The translations under genes and the position numbers were made by a program. A stretch of DNA of 64,000 nt from Lysobacterales bacterium (GTDB taxonomy: Bacteria > Pseudomonadota > Gammaproteobacteria > Xanthomonadales > SZUA-5): contig JALHMH010000002.1 of the NCBI GenBank assembly GCA_022844165.1, positions 128,001 to 192,000 on the forward strand, in the 5' to 3' direction. The notes under the pieces were generated by a model, which saw nothing but the letters and a program-made list of their open reading frames with translations, was not told the DNA's origin and searched no databases. Of the stretch, positions 47,751 through 56,477 are shown in pieces (position 1 is the stretch's first letter; each line of letters starts with the position of its first letter).

Positions 47751-48038
47751 ATGGCACTGCCTGCTTCCACGTTGCACCACATCGCGCAGCTATCGCGTCT
47801 GAAAATCGAGCCACAGCATGAGGCTGCGATGGCGGCTGAAATGGGCGCCGTACTGCAATTGTTCGAGCAGTTGGCGAAGGCGCCGGTCGACATGCTGGAG
47901 CCTTTGTCGCACCCCGGCGATCCAGCACTGCGGCTGCGCGCAGACGTCGTAACGGAAGTGGATCAACGAGCGAACTTCGAGCGCGTGGCGCCGTCGATGA
48001 TGGGCGGTTATTACCTGGTCCCGAAGGTGATCGAATGA
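47751..48038 (+). CDS. gatC: Asp/Glu-tRNA amidotransferase subunit C
   Basis: [22 protein letters not shown]. Confidence 0.95.
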   Translation: MALPASTLHHIAQLSRLKIEPQHEAAMAAEMGAVLQLFEQLAKAPVDMLEPLSHPGDPALRLRADVVTEVDQRANFERVAPSMMGGYYLVPKVIE

Positions 48039-49477
48039 GTCTTGCTGCGCTGCTCGCAGGACTCGACAGTGGCGCGATGTCTGCGCGCGGAGCGACCGAA
48101 GATGCCTTGTCGCGAGCAAGCCGCGCGGCAGGTCTGAATGCGCTGATCACGCTGACCGCGGACGCAGCGCGCGCTGCCGCCGAGCGTGCCGACGCTGCTC
48201 GCGCGATGGGCGCACCAGGTGAGCTGCTTGGTGTTCCCTATGCGCACAAGGATCTTTTTTGCACGCTGGATGTGACGACGACTGCCGGCTCAAGAATGCT
48301 GGCGAAATTTGTCCCGCCCTATAGTGCGACGATTCACGAGAAGCTCGATGCCAGCGGTGCCGTGCTGATCGGCAAAGCGAACATGGATGAGTTCGCGATG
48401 GGCTCGTCGAACGAGCATTCCTACTTCGGTGCGGCCCGCAATCCCTGGGATCCTGATCGGGTTCCCGGCGGGTCGTCCGGCGGTTCGGCTGCCTTGGTTG
48501 CAGCGCGGATCGTGCCGTTTGCGACCGCCTCCGACACCGGCGGATCGATTCGGCAACCGGCGGCACTGTGTGGCGTGACGGGCATCAAACCCACTTACGG
48601 CCGGGTGTCGCGCTACGGCATGATCGCTTACGCGTCCAGTCTCGATCAGGCTGGGGTGATTGCCACCAGCGCCCACGATGCCGCGTTGGCACTCAGCGTG
48701 ATCGCCGGTTTCGATCCGCGCGATCCTACGAGTGTCGATGCGCCGCCCATCGATGTGTCTGACGCACTGTCGATGTCGCTCGCCGGTTTGCGCATCGGCA
48801 GGCCTCGGCAGTGGTGCGGCGAGGGAATCGACTCGGGCGTCGCAAACGCTGTGGACGCGGCATTGGCGATCTACGCCGAGCACGGTGCGCGCATTGTGGA
48901 TATCGACCTGCCCTCCAGCGAGCATGCGATAGCAGCCTATTACGTGATCGCACCAGCAGAGGCGTCGAGCAATCTGGCGCGCTTTGATGGCGTACGCTAT
49001 GGGCACCGTTGCGCCCACCCTAAGGATCTCGCCGATCTTTACACGCGTTCGCGCGAGGAGGGCTTTGGGCACGAAGTGCAAAAGCGCATCCTGACTGGCA
49101 CCTATGTGTTGAGCGCAGGTTATTACGAGGCCTACTATCACCGCGCACTGAAAGTCCGTCGTTTGATCGCAAACGACTTTGCGCGTGCGTTCAATGAGGT
49201 CGATCTGATAGCCGGTCCGACCAGTCCGTGCGTGGCGTTCAAGTTGGGCGAAAAACTGGCAGATCCTGTGGCGATGTATCTGGCCGATGTGAACACTGTG
49301 AGCGTCAATCTGGCTGGATTGCCGGCGCTGTCGATTCCCTGCGGATTCTCCGATGGTTTGCCGGTTGGGCTGCAACTGTGCGCACCCTGGTGGCAGGAGT
49401 CCCGCCTGATCGGCGCCGCGCACGCGTATCAGCGTGTGACCGATTGGCATCGCGCATTGCCGCCGGGCATCGCGTAA
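48035..49477 (+). CDS. gatA: Asp/Glu-tRNA amidotransferase subunit A
   Basis: [37 protein letters not shown]. Confidence 0.97.
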   Translation: MSLAALLAGLDSGAMSARGATEDALSRASRAAGLNALITLTADAARAAAERADAARAMGAPGELLGVPYAHKDLFCTLDVTTTAGSRMLAKFVPPYSATIHEKLDASGAVLIGKANMDEFAMGSSNEHSYFGAARNPWDPDRVPGGSSGGSAALVAARIVPFATASDTGGSIRQPAALCGVTGIKPTYGRVSRYGMIAYASSLDQAGVIATSAHDAALALSVIAGFDPRDPTSVDAPPIDVSDALSMSLAGLRIGRPRQWCGEGIDSGVANAVDAALAIYAEHGARIVDIDLPSSEHAIAAYYVIAPAEASSNLARFDGVRYGHRCAHPKDLADLYTRSREEGFGHEVQKRILTGTYVLSAGYYEAYYHRALKVRRLIANDFARAFNEVDLIAGPTSPCVAFKLGEKLADPVAMYLADVNTVSVNLAGLPALSIPCGFSDGLPVGLQLCAPWWQESRLIGAAHAYQRVTDWHRALPPGIA

Positions 49478-49527
49478 ACCCGCCAGTCGAAAGCGCCACC
49501 CACCACCAATGACTAACCACCAACCCA

Positions 49528-50949
49528 ATGCTCGCAACGATCGGCCTTGAAGTTCATGTGCAACTGAACACCGCCGCCAAGATCTTCTCTGGCGCCGCGA
49601 CCGCGTATGGCGCTGAGCCAAACGCGCAGGCCTGCGCGATCGATCTGGGCATGCCTGGCACTTTGCCGGTCATGAACGCGGCGGCGGTTCGTTTGGCGGT
49701 ACGCCTGGGGTTGGCGCTCGGATCGACCATTGCACCGCGCAGCATTTTTGCGCGCAAGAACTACTTTTACCCGGATTTGCCCAAGGGCTATCAGATCAGC
49801 CAGTTCGAAGCCCCGATTCTGATCGGGGGTGGTATCGACATCCGTGTTGGGCAAACGAACAAGCGCATCGAATTAACACGAGCGCATTTGGAAGAAGACG
49901 CGGGCAAGAGCGTGCACGATGCTTTCCATCGCGAGAGCGGTATTGATCTGAATCGTGCCGGTACACCACTACTGGAGGTCGTCAGCGAGCCGGTCATCGA
50001 GAGCGCCGCCGAAGCGGTGGCCTATCTGAAGGCGCTGCACACGCTCGTGCGATGGTTGGGTGTGTCCGACGGCAATATGCAGGAGGGTTCGTTCCGTTGC
50101 GATGCCAACGTGTCCGTGCGCAAACCGGGCGAAGCGCTCGGAACCCGCGCCGAAATCAAGAACGTCAACTCATTCCGCTTTGTTGAAAAGGCCATCGACT
50201 ACGAAATCGAGCGGCAAATCCGGATCATCGAATCCGGTGGCAAGGTGGTTCAGGAAACGCGCTTATATGATGCGCAGCGCGACGAAACGCGCAGCATGCG
50301 CGGCAAAGAATCGGCGCACGACTATCGCTATTTCCCCGATCCCGATCTGCCGCCGCTGATTCTGGATTCGGCGTTGATCGAGACCGAGCGCAGTCGCTTG
50401 CCGGAACTGCCGAACGCCCGCCGCGAGCGTTACCAAGAAGATCTGGGCTTGTCTGAGTACGACTCAGCGCAGCTGACGCAAGACCGAGCCTTGTCCGACG
50501 CATTCGAATCGGTCATCGCCGCGAGTGCTGCGCCGGCGAAACTGTGCGCGAACTGGGTGTTGTCCGACTGGCAGGGTGCGCTGAATGCAGCAAACCTGAC
50601 GATCGATCAGTCGCCGTTGTCCGCGGAGCGTTTAGGCGGGCTGGTGACGCGTGTGCACGATGGCAGCCTGTCGAGCAAGATGGCCAAACAAGTCTTCGAA
50701 GCGATGTTTGCTTCCGATGACAGTGCCGATGCGGCGATTGCACGACTGGGTCTGAAACAAGTCAACGACATTGATGCGCTCGCGGCGCATGTCGAGGCGG
50801 TGCTCACCGAGAACACGACGCAGGTTGCGCAATTCCAAGCCGGCAACCAGAAATTGCTGGCGTTCTTCGTGGGCCAGGTGATGAAGCGCACCCAAGGCCA
50901 GGCGAATCCGGCCCAGGTGACGGCGCTGCTGCGCGACCGCCTGGGTTGA
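49528..50949 (+). CDS. gatB: Asp/Glu-tRNA amidotransferase subunit B
   Basis: [50 protein letters not shown]. Confidence 0.97.
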   Translation: MLATIGLEVHVQLNTAAKIFSGAATAYGAEPNAQACAIDLGMPGTLPVMNAAAVRLAVRLGLALGSTIAPRSIFARKNYFYPDLPKGYQISQFEAPILIGGGIDIRVGQTNKRIELTRAHLEEDAGKSVHDAFHRESGIDLNRAGTPLLEVVSEPVIESAAEAVAYLKALHTLVRWLGVSDGNMQEGSFRCDANVSVRKPGEALGTRAEIKNVNSFRFVEKAIDYEIERQIRIIESGGKVVQETRLYDAQRDETRSMRGKESAHDYRYFPDPDLPPLILDSALIETERSRLPELPNARRERYQEDLGLSEYDSAQLTQDRALSDAFESVIAASAAPAKLCANWVLSDWQGALNAANLTIDQSPLSAERLGGLVTRVHDGSLSSKMAKQVFEAMFASDDSADAAIARLGLKQVNDIDALAAHVEAVLTENTTQVAQFQAGNQKLLAFFVGQVMKRTQGQANPAQVTALLRDRLG

Positions 50950-50976
50950 CCCCGTGCAGCACGCAAGCTGGTAGAG

Positions 50977-50991
50977 TGCAATCGTATACAG
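50977..50991. promoter_or_regulatory. LacI-type operator upstream of the second LacI gene
   Basis: TGCAATCGTATACAG, a CG-centred pseudo-palindrome matching 35226-35240. Confidence 0.75.
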
Positions 50992-51014
50992 TGCCGTTCG
51001 CGGCCAGCGGATAG

Positions 51015-52049
51015 ATGCACATGAAGGGCAAGCCGACCTCATTCGATATCGCATACAAAGCCGGCGTGTCGCAGGCCACGGTGTCGCGTGCGCTGCGCGG
51101 CTCGCCGCTCGTCAGCATTGAGACCCGGCGGCGCATTCAGGCCATCGCCAAAGAGATCAACTACAAGGTCGACAAAAACGCATCGGCCTTGCGTCGGCAG
51201 CACTCCGAGACGATCGCCCTGCTGTTGTTTGAAGATCCCACCAGCGACGACTCGCTGATCAACCCGTTTTTTCTGTCGATGCTCGGTTCAATCACCCGCG
51301 CCAGCGCTCGACGCGGTTACGATCTGCTGGTCTCGTTCCAGCAGTTCTCCGACGATTGGCACGCGGATTTCCAGGACAGCCACAAGGCCGACGGCATCAT
51401 CATGCTCGGTTACGGCGACTACACCGAGGCCCTGCCGAAACTACAGCGTCTGGTCGAACAAGGAACGCACTGTGTCCGCTGGGGCGCCATCGTCGATGGT
51501 CAGCCGGACGTCTCCATTGGCTGCGACAACGTGCAGGGCGGTTATGCGATTACGCAGCATTTGATCGAAATGGGTCGACGCAAGATCGCCTTCGTCGGCG
51601 ATGTTTCGCCGAGTTGCCCGGAGTTCGCAGCGCGTTATCGCGGACACTGTCAGGCGCTCGAAGACGCAGGGATCGTTGTGTGCGCCGATTGGCAAGTCGA
51701 GGCCCGCGATTCCACGGAGCCGGTGGGTGCCGAAGCCGCGCGGGAATTGATGCATCGCGATGCGCCGATCGACGCCATTTTTGCGGCCAGCGACTTACTC
51801 GCCATTGGTGCCATGCGCGCGCTGAACGATCGCGGCGTGCGTGTGCCGGAGGATATTGCGGTGGTTGGTTTCGACGATGTGCCGATGTCTGCATTCGCCT
51901 CGCCGCCGCTTACCACAGTTGCACAGGACAGCAAGCGCGCCGGCGAGTTGCTCGTCGACACGCTCCTGCAGCAAATTCAAGGGCAGCCCACCGCTAGCCA
52001 GATGCTGCCGGCGCGCGTGGTTGTGCGTCGCTCGTGTGGCAGCCGCTGA
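51015..52049 (+). CDS. LacI-family regulator, probably the maltose/alpha-glucan repressor
   Basis: TSFDIAYKAGVSQATVSRAL HTH; AIFAASD; VVGFDD; shares an operator with the MFS-amylase operon. Start may be 51021. Confidence 0.92.
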   Translation: MHMKGKPTSFDIAYKAGVSQATVSRALRGSPLVSIETRRRIQAIAKEINYKVDKNASALRRQHSETIALLLFEDPTSDDSLINPFFLSMLGSITRASARRGYDLLVSFQQFSDDWHADFQDSHKADGIIMLGYGDYTEALPKLQRLVEQGTHCVRWGAIVDGQPDVSIGCDNVQGGYAITQHLIEMGRRKIAFVGDVSPSCPEFAARYRGHCQALEDAGIVVCADWQVEARDSTEPVGAEAARELMHRDAPIDAIFAASDLLAIGAMRALNDRGVRVPEDIAVVGFDDVPMSAFASPPLTTVAQDSKRAGELLVDTLLQQIQGQPTASQMLPARVVVRRSCGSR

Positions 52050-52050
52050 T

Positions 52051-52357
52051 CTAGTGTGGTGTCACAAAAGTAAGGTGAACAATTTCCGCGCCTTTCGGCC
52101 CGAATGCTGCGTTGCTTTTAGCCCGTCGGCGCAGCCGCCGGTCGTTCGGTCGATCGCGCGGCATGCCGCGCAAGCCGATCGTCCTCACGGTCGCCATAGA
52201 AGAGCTATGTCGTCCGGCCCGGCGGCGCAGCCGCCGGTCGTTCAAGTCGGCTCGCGGCATGCCGCGAAAGCCACCGACTTTCATCCTCGTCGCGCCTTGC
52301 CTGACGCCGAAATCCATCGGAAACATTGTTCAACTTAATGACGGAACACCACACTAG
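52051..52357. mobile_element. MITE, 299 bp with TGT...ACA ends, flanked by CTAG
   Basis: Left CTAG|TGTGGTGTCACAAAAGTAAGGTGAACAAT versus reverse-complemented right CTAG|TGTGGTGTTCCGTCATTAAGTTGAACAAT; no transposase. Confidence 0.8.
52121..52272. repeat. Two ~55-bp direct repeats with palindromic cores inside the MITE
   Basis: GCCCG[T/G]CGGCGCAGCCGCCGGTCGTTC...CGCGGCATGCCGCG[C/A]AAGCC starting at 52121 and 52217. Confidence 0.85.
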
Positions 52358-52371
52358 CGGCCGCCACCGGG

Positions 52372-53865
52372 TCAGGTCATGAAGCCCAGATTCGGGCCCG
52401 AAATGGCCATCATCGGTCCGGTCATGAACTGCAGATTCGGGAAGATGTCGGCCCGATCGATATCCGACAATCCGTACCACGTGGCTAGCGTGGCCGCATA
52501 TTGATCCGCCGAGATCGTCGGGATGATCTGCCCGCCCCAGCCCGTATCGTCGGGGTTGTTATTGGCCTGTAAGTTGGGCATCCGGCCGAAGATGCGCCGA
52601 CCGTTGACGGCGTTGCCCCACACCAGGTGGTGGCCGCCCCAGCCATGATCGGTGCCGTCGCCGTTGTTGGTCAGCGTGCGGCCGAACTCGGAGGCTGTGA
52701 ACGTGGTCACGCTGCTGCCCAGCGCGAAGGTCGGGCTGTTCAGTACGTCGTAGAACGCCTGCACCGACTGCGACAAATCGCGCAATAAACCTGGGTGATC
52801 GGCCAATTGATTGTCGTGCGTATCGAAGCCGCCGATCGCCGCAAAGAACAATTGCCGCTGCATGTTTAATTGACTGGCGCCGCGCGCACGGATGACGCGC
52901 GCGATCATCAACAGCTGCTGCGCGAGTCGCGGTAGCTCTGGCGGATTGGTGGCGCTCCAGGTCAAGCCATTGCGCGTCCAAAACGGCTGGAACACTGCAT
53001 CGTTCGAGGGGTAGTTGGCGATCGCAGCGGCGACCTGTGCCGATGTGGCGATCGTCGCCTGAGTTTTGTTCACGTAGGCGCGCTCGAACGCATGGCCATA
53101 GGTCTGCGTTTGGAGCGCCTGGAACGTCAGGCAGCGGCGCCGATTCCAACCCTCCGGGCCATTGCAGTTGGCGCCGTTCGTGTTGATCGGCCAGATCTGT
53201 TCGACGCCATCGCTGCTCATGAAGTACGGCGATACTGACACGCCCGCCTGGAACACGTTTTCGCCGTCCAGGGAGACATTCATCGACAAGACTTGATTCG
53301 GATTGGTCGACGCGAAGATGTCCGCGAGACGGCCGCCCCAGCCGGTTCGAGCGCTGCTATCGGCGCGCGGCGTTTGCCACAGTACCGATTGATCCGAATG
53401 CGAAAACAACTGCGCGGGCAGCAGTGTTCCGGCTTGCTGATACAGCGTCTTGTTGGTCGGGCGAACGAGTGGGCCGGCGTTGGCGACAATGGCCATTCGC
53501 CCCGCCTCAAACATATCGCGCGCACCCGTCATGACCGGATGCAGACCATATTGACCGCCGTTACTTGGACCTGACGTTGGATTGATCGCCAGTAGCTGAT
53601 TTTGCGGCACCGCCAATGAGCCGCGGGTGGCCAGATAGGTCGCATGCCCGGCGTCGCGCGGCACAACCATGTTGAAACAGTCGTTACCGCCGTACAGATA
53701 AATGCAGACCAGCGCGCGATAGTCGTCGCCTTCGAGCCGACGAATACCGCCTGTGGTGGCGGCCTGCGCCAGTTCCATCTTGGCGAACATCGAAGTGAAG
53801 GCGGCACTGCCAGCAGCGGCGCACAGCGTCTTGTGCAGGAATTCGCGGCGACGAAGGATGCTCAT
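52372..53865 (-). CDS. DUF1501 family protein, Tat-exported
   Basis: RRREFL Tat motif; YRALVCIYLYGGND, LFSHSDQ, GGFDTH, SEFGRT, GTDHGWG. Confidence 0.93.
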   Translation of the reverse strand: MSILRRREFLHKTLCAAAGSAAFTSMFAKMELAQAATTGGIRRLEGDDYRALVCIYLYGGNDCFNMVVPRDAGHATYLATRGSLAVPQNQLLAINPTSGPSNGGQYGLHPVMTGARDMFEAGRMAIVANAGPLVRPTNKTLYQQAGTLLPAQLFSHSDQSVLWQTPRADSSARTGWGGRLADIFASTNPNQVLSMNVSLDGENVFQAGVSVSPYFMSSDGVEQIWPINTNGANCNGPEGWNRRRCLTFQALQTQTYGHAFERAYVNKTQATIATSAQVAAAIANYPSNDAVFQPFWTRNGLTWSATNPPELPRLAQQLLMIARVIRARGASQLNMQRQLFFAAIGGFDTHDNQLADHPGLLRDLSQSVQAFYDVLNSPTFALGSSVTTFTASEFGRTLTNNGDGTDHGWGGHHLVWGNAVNGRRIFGRMPNLQANNNPDDTGWGGQIIPTISADQYAATLATWYGLSDIDRADIFPNLQFMTGPMMAISGPNLGFMT

Positions 53866-53867
53866 GG

Positions 53868-55667
53868 TTACTTCTCCACCACATATTCAGGCGAGGTCAG
53901 GGTCAGCCACAGCGCATCCTGTACGCGGAAGCGCTGCCAGCCTGAACCCGAGTTGTTGTTGGTGATGTCGTTGATATGCGTGATCAGCAAATTGCGCATC
54001 GTGTTCGACATGCGGCCGTTCAAGAACAGCAGATTGTAGCGTTCGACCAATTCGGCCGGCTGGGTGGCCAATGCAAGATCGCGGTTGAGGTTGACCTGGA
54101 CTGGATCCCAGGTGCCAAGGTCGGGATTGCCCCACCAGGCCCAGTACACTTTGCCGCCGATCTCGTTGCTCAGGCGCGTGATGTAAGTGTCGGTGGTGAT
54201 TTGAAACTCCGGCGAGAACAAACCCAGCGTGGCAACTTCACCCGGCAGCTGATAATTCGGCAAGAAGAAATTGAATACAGTGGGTGAACGCTGTATCGCC
54301 TGGGCACCATATTGTTCGGCCCAGCCTTCTCGAATTCGGCCATCGATCGAACGCGCATCCAGCGCACGCCAAAGTTGCGTCACGCGGAGCAGCGGCTCGC
54401 GCAATTTGCCGCCATTGGTCGGCGCGGGAGAGCGGGCCTCGGTATCCATCAGAATGGCGCGAACCACCGCCCGCAGATCGCCGCGCACGCCGCTGCCATT
54501 GTTCGCAAAAACCGCGGCAACTCGGCCCACGTAGGCGGGCGACGGGTTGCTGGTGGTGAATCGCTGAATCAACAGTCGCGACAAGAACGGGCCGACGTTG
54601 GGGTGATTGAAGACATTGTTCAGCGCCGCCGTGAGATTGTTGCGCGCCGTGCCGCCGGCTGGCAAAACGCCGTTGGGAAGGGTCACGCCAGCGTAGTTCA
54701 ACAGTTGTTTGCTGCCTGCGCTCTCGTGGTAAATGTCGCCGAACGCGGTGCCTTCTCCCCACGGTTTCAACGCGGTGCGCCAACCTGGATGGCTGCGCCA
54801 GTCCTGGGTATCGGGGCCGGACGGGCAATATTCCCAATGCCACCAGTTGAAGCTCGGCGAACTTTCCGGTGCCACCGGTGGTGAGCAGGTCGAGTAGCTC
54901 CAGCCGGTGAAAACTTTGGCGAAACCGGCGATGACCGTTTGATCGTAAGAAGGCACCGTTTGAATGCCGGCTTGCCCTGCATTGCCATCCACGGGTGTGC
55001 CGTTCGGATTCAATTGCACCAGGCCAATCGAAAACAGCTGCATGATTTCGCGCGCGTAGTTCTCGTCGGGCCGGATGTTTTGCGCGGCGTCGGTCTTGCG
55101 GTTCTTGAACATCGACAGGTAGTGCCCCATCGATGGGTGCAATGTGATGTTTTCCAGAAGCGCACGGTAATTGCCAAAGGCGCCGCTGGCGAGGCCGTCA
55201 TAAAAATGGGCCATCGTGGTCGGATTGCCTTCGAGCGACCCGTTCTGATCGGAAATCACCAGGATCTGCGACAACGCGAAAGCCATACGCTGGCGTAGTT
55301 GATCGTTACCAGTGAGCACGTTGCGCCACCAGATTTCCTGGCGTTTGTCCTGCCACACTTCAATCGGTTGGCCGGCAGCTACGGCTTGTGCGATCAGTTG
55401 ATCAAGAAACGGCAACTGTTGCGACGTCGTGGCGGCGAACTGCTCGTTCAGCCACGCGTTGTAACCCATGCGATAGAGGCGATCGATCTCGGTCAGCGTC
55501 GGACCAAACGTTGCCTGGGTCAAAAAGCGCGAAGCCTGCGCTTTCGTATACGGGCCTTCTGCCGCCTCATCGTGACCCGTGGCAAAAATCGCATCCTGGG
55601 CGTCGGCGCCTGGGGATATCGACAAGCCGCAGATCAACATCAGGCCAACCACAAAACCGTTTCTCAT
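53868..55667 (-). CDS. DUF1800 family exported protein
   Basis: ASRFLTQATFGP, DQLRQRMAFALSQI, PDENYAREIMQLFSIG, TSNPSPAYV, GKLREP, SPEY. Confidence 0.93.
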   Translation of the reverse strand: MRNGFVVGLMLICGLSISPGADAQDAIFATGHDEAAEGPYTKAQASRFLTQATFGPTLTEIDRLYRMGYNAWLNEQFAATTSQQLPFLDQLIAQAVAAGQPIEVWQDKRQEIWWRNVLTGNDQLRQRMAFALSQILVISDQNGSLEGNPTTMAHFYDGLASGAFGNYRALLENITLHPSMGHYLSMFKNRKTDAAQNIRPDENYAREIMQLFSIGLVQLNPNGTPVDGNAGQAGIQTVPSYDQTVIAGFAKVFTGWSYSTCSPPVAPESSPSFNWWHWEYCPSGPDTQDWRSHPGWRTALKPWGEGTAFGDIYHESAGSKQLLNYAGVTLPNGVLPAGGTARNNLTAALNNVFNHPNVGPFLSRLLIQRFTTSNPSPAYVGRVAAVFANNGSGVRGDLRAVVRAILMDTEARSPAPTNGGKLREPLLRVTQLWRALDARSIDGRIREGWAEQYGAQAIQRSPTVFNFFLPNYQLPGEVATLGLFSPEFQITTDTYITRLSNEIGGKVYWAWWGNPDLGTWDPVQVNLNRDLALATQPAELVERYNLLFLNGRMSNTMRNLLITHINDITNNNSGSGWQRFRVQDALWLTLTSPEYVVEK

Positions 55668-55826
55668 GACCAGTTGCCTCTTTTTGCGGTTTCTTAACTC
55701 TTAAGCCAGTGTAGCGCTGCAATGGGTCGCCGTGTGTGACGGCTGTTGTTTTTCGACGACAAACGGCTTGATCTTCACGCCGGTCGGTCTAGGCTTGCCC
55801 AACTCTGAAAATCAGGGACGCGAACC

Positions 55827-56378
55827 ATGAGACGGTCGATCAGTGTTCTTGTGCTGTTGCTGGCCGCGAGCGATAGCTTCGGATTCTCGCTGGGTTCACC
55901 GATCTGCGAAGTCAACTCGTTGCCGCTCACAGAAATGAGCCCGACATTGGCCAGCCCGCCGCCGAGCGGGTGGACGTTGGAAACCGAGCGTGCTTACTTC
56001 TCGCCAGGCGCATCGCTGCGCGTGCGCGTACGGCATCCCAGCCCGCTCAAGCAGGCGCGGGGGATTTTGCTTTGGGCCAAACGATCGCAGTTCTTGGGCG
56101 GCGGCCGTTTCGAACTGCCAGCAAGCGGAGCGTTTCAGTATATTCCCGCCCCCGCAGCGTGTGGCGAATGGGCGATATCGCATGTCAACGCCACGCCGAA
56201 GTCGCTTGACGACTTGCAGTTCGACTGGATCCCTGACACCACAGCGCCGGTGATCCTCCGGGCCTTCATCATCGAAGAGTGTTTTCAACCCAGCGGCGGA
56301 TGCCGCGACCAGCAAGCGCTCACGCCCATCGTAGTCTTGGAGGAAGGCGTGCTGGTGAACGGGTTCGAGGCCGAATAA
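55827..56378 (+). CDS. Secreted Reeler-like domain protein ending in VLVNGFEAE
   Basis: Signal peptide, FSLGSPIC, RGILLWAK, AISH..PK, FDWIP; four Cys. Confidence 0.7.
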   Translation: MRRSISVLVLLLAASDSFGFSLGSPICEVNSLPLTEMSPTLASPPPSGWTLETERAYFSPGASLRVRVRHPSPLKQARGILLWAKRSQFLGGGRFELPASGAFQYIPAPAACGEWAISHVNATPKSLDDLQFDWIPDTTAPVILRAFIIEECFQPSGGCRDQQALTPIVVLEEGVLVNGFEAE

Positions 56379-56477
56379 CACGCTTTTCACAACACCACCC
56401 CAACTTCCGGCGGACGCGACGAATCGCGACTTTGTCTATAACATTCCCATCTTCGCAAGGCCTGCAGGAGGCAATCG

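Noticed and set aside
46708-49621. Long minus-strand ORFs of 480 and 443 aa
   Set aside because: Antisense to ilvE, gatC and gatA; expected in GC-rich DNA.
52121-52272. Direct repeats as a mini-CRISPR
   Set aside because: Only two imperfect ~55-bp copies, enclosed by inverted repeats, with no cas genes.
56425-56446. TATAACATT as a Zur box before the S9 peptidase
   Set aside because: Half-site only.
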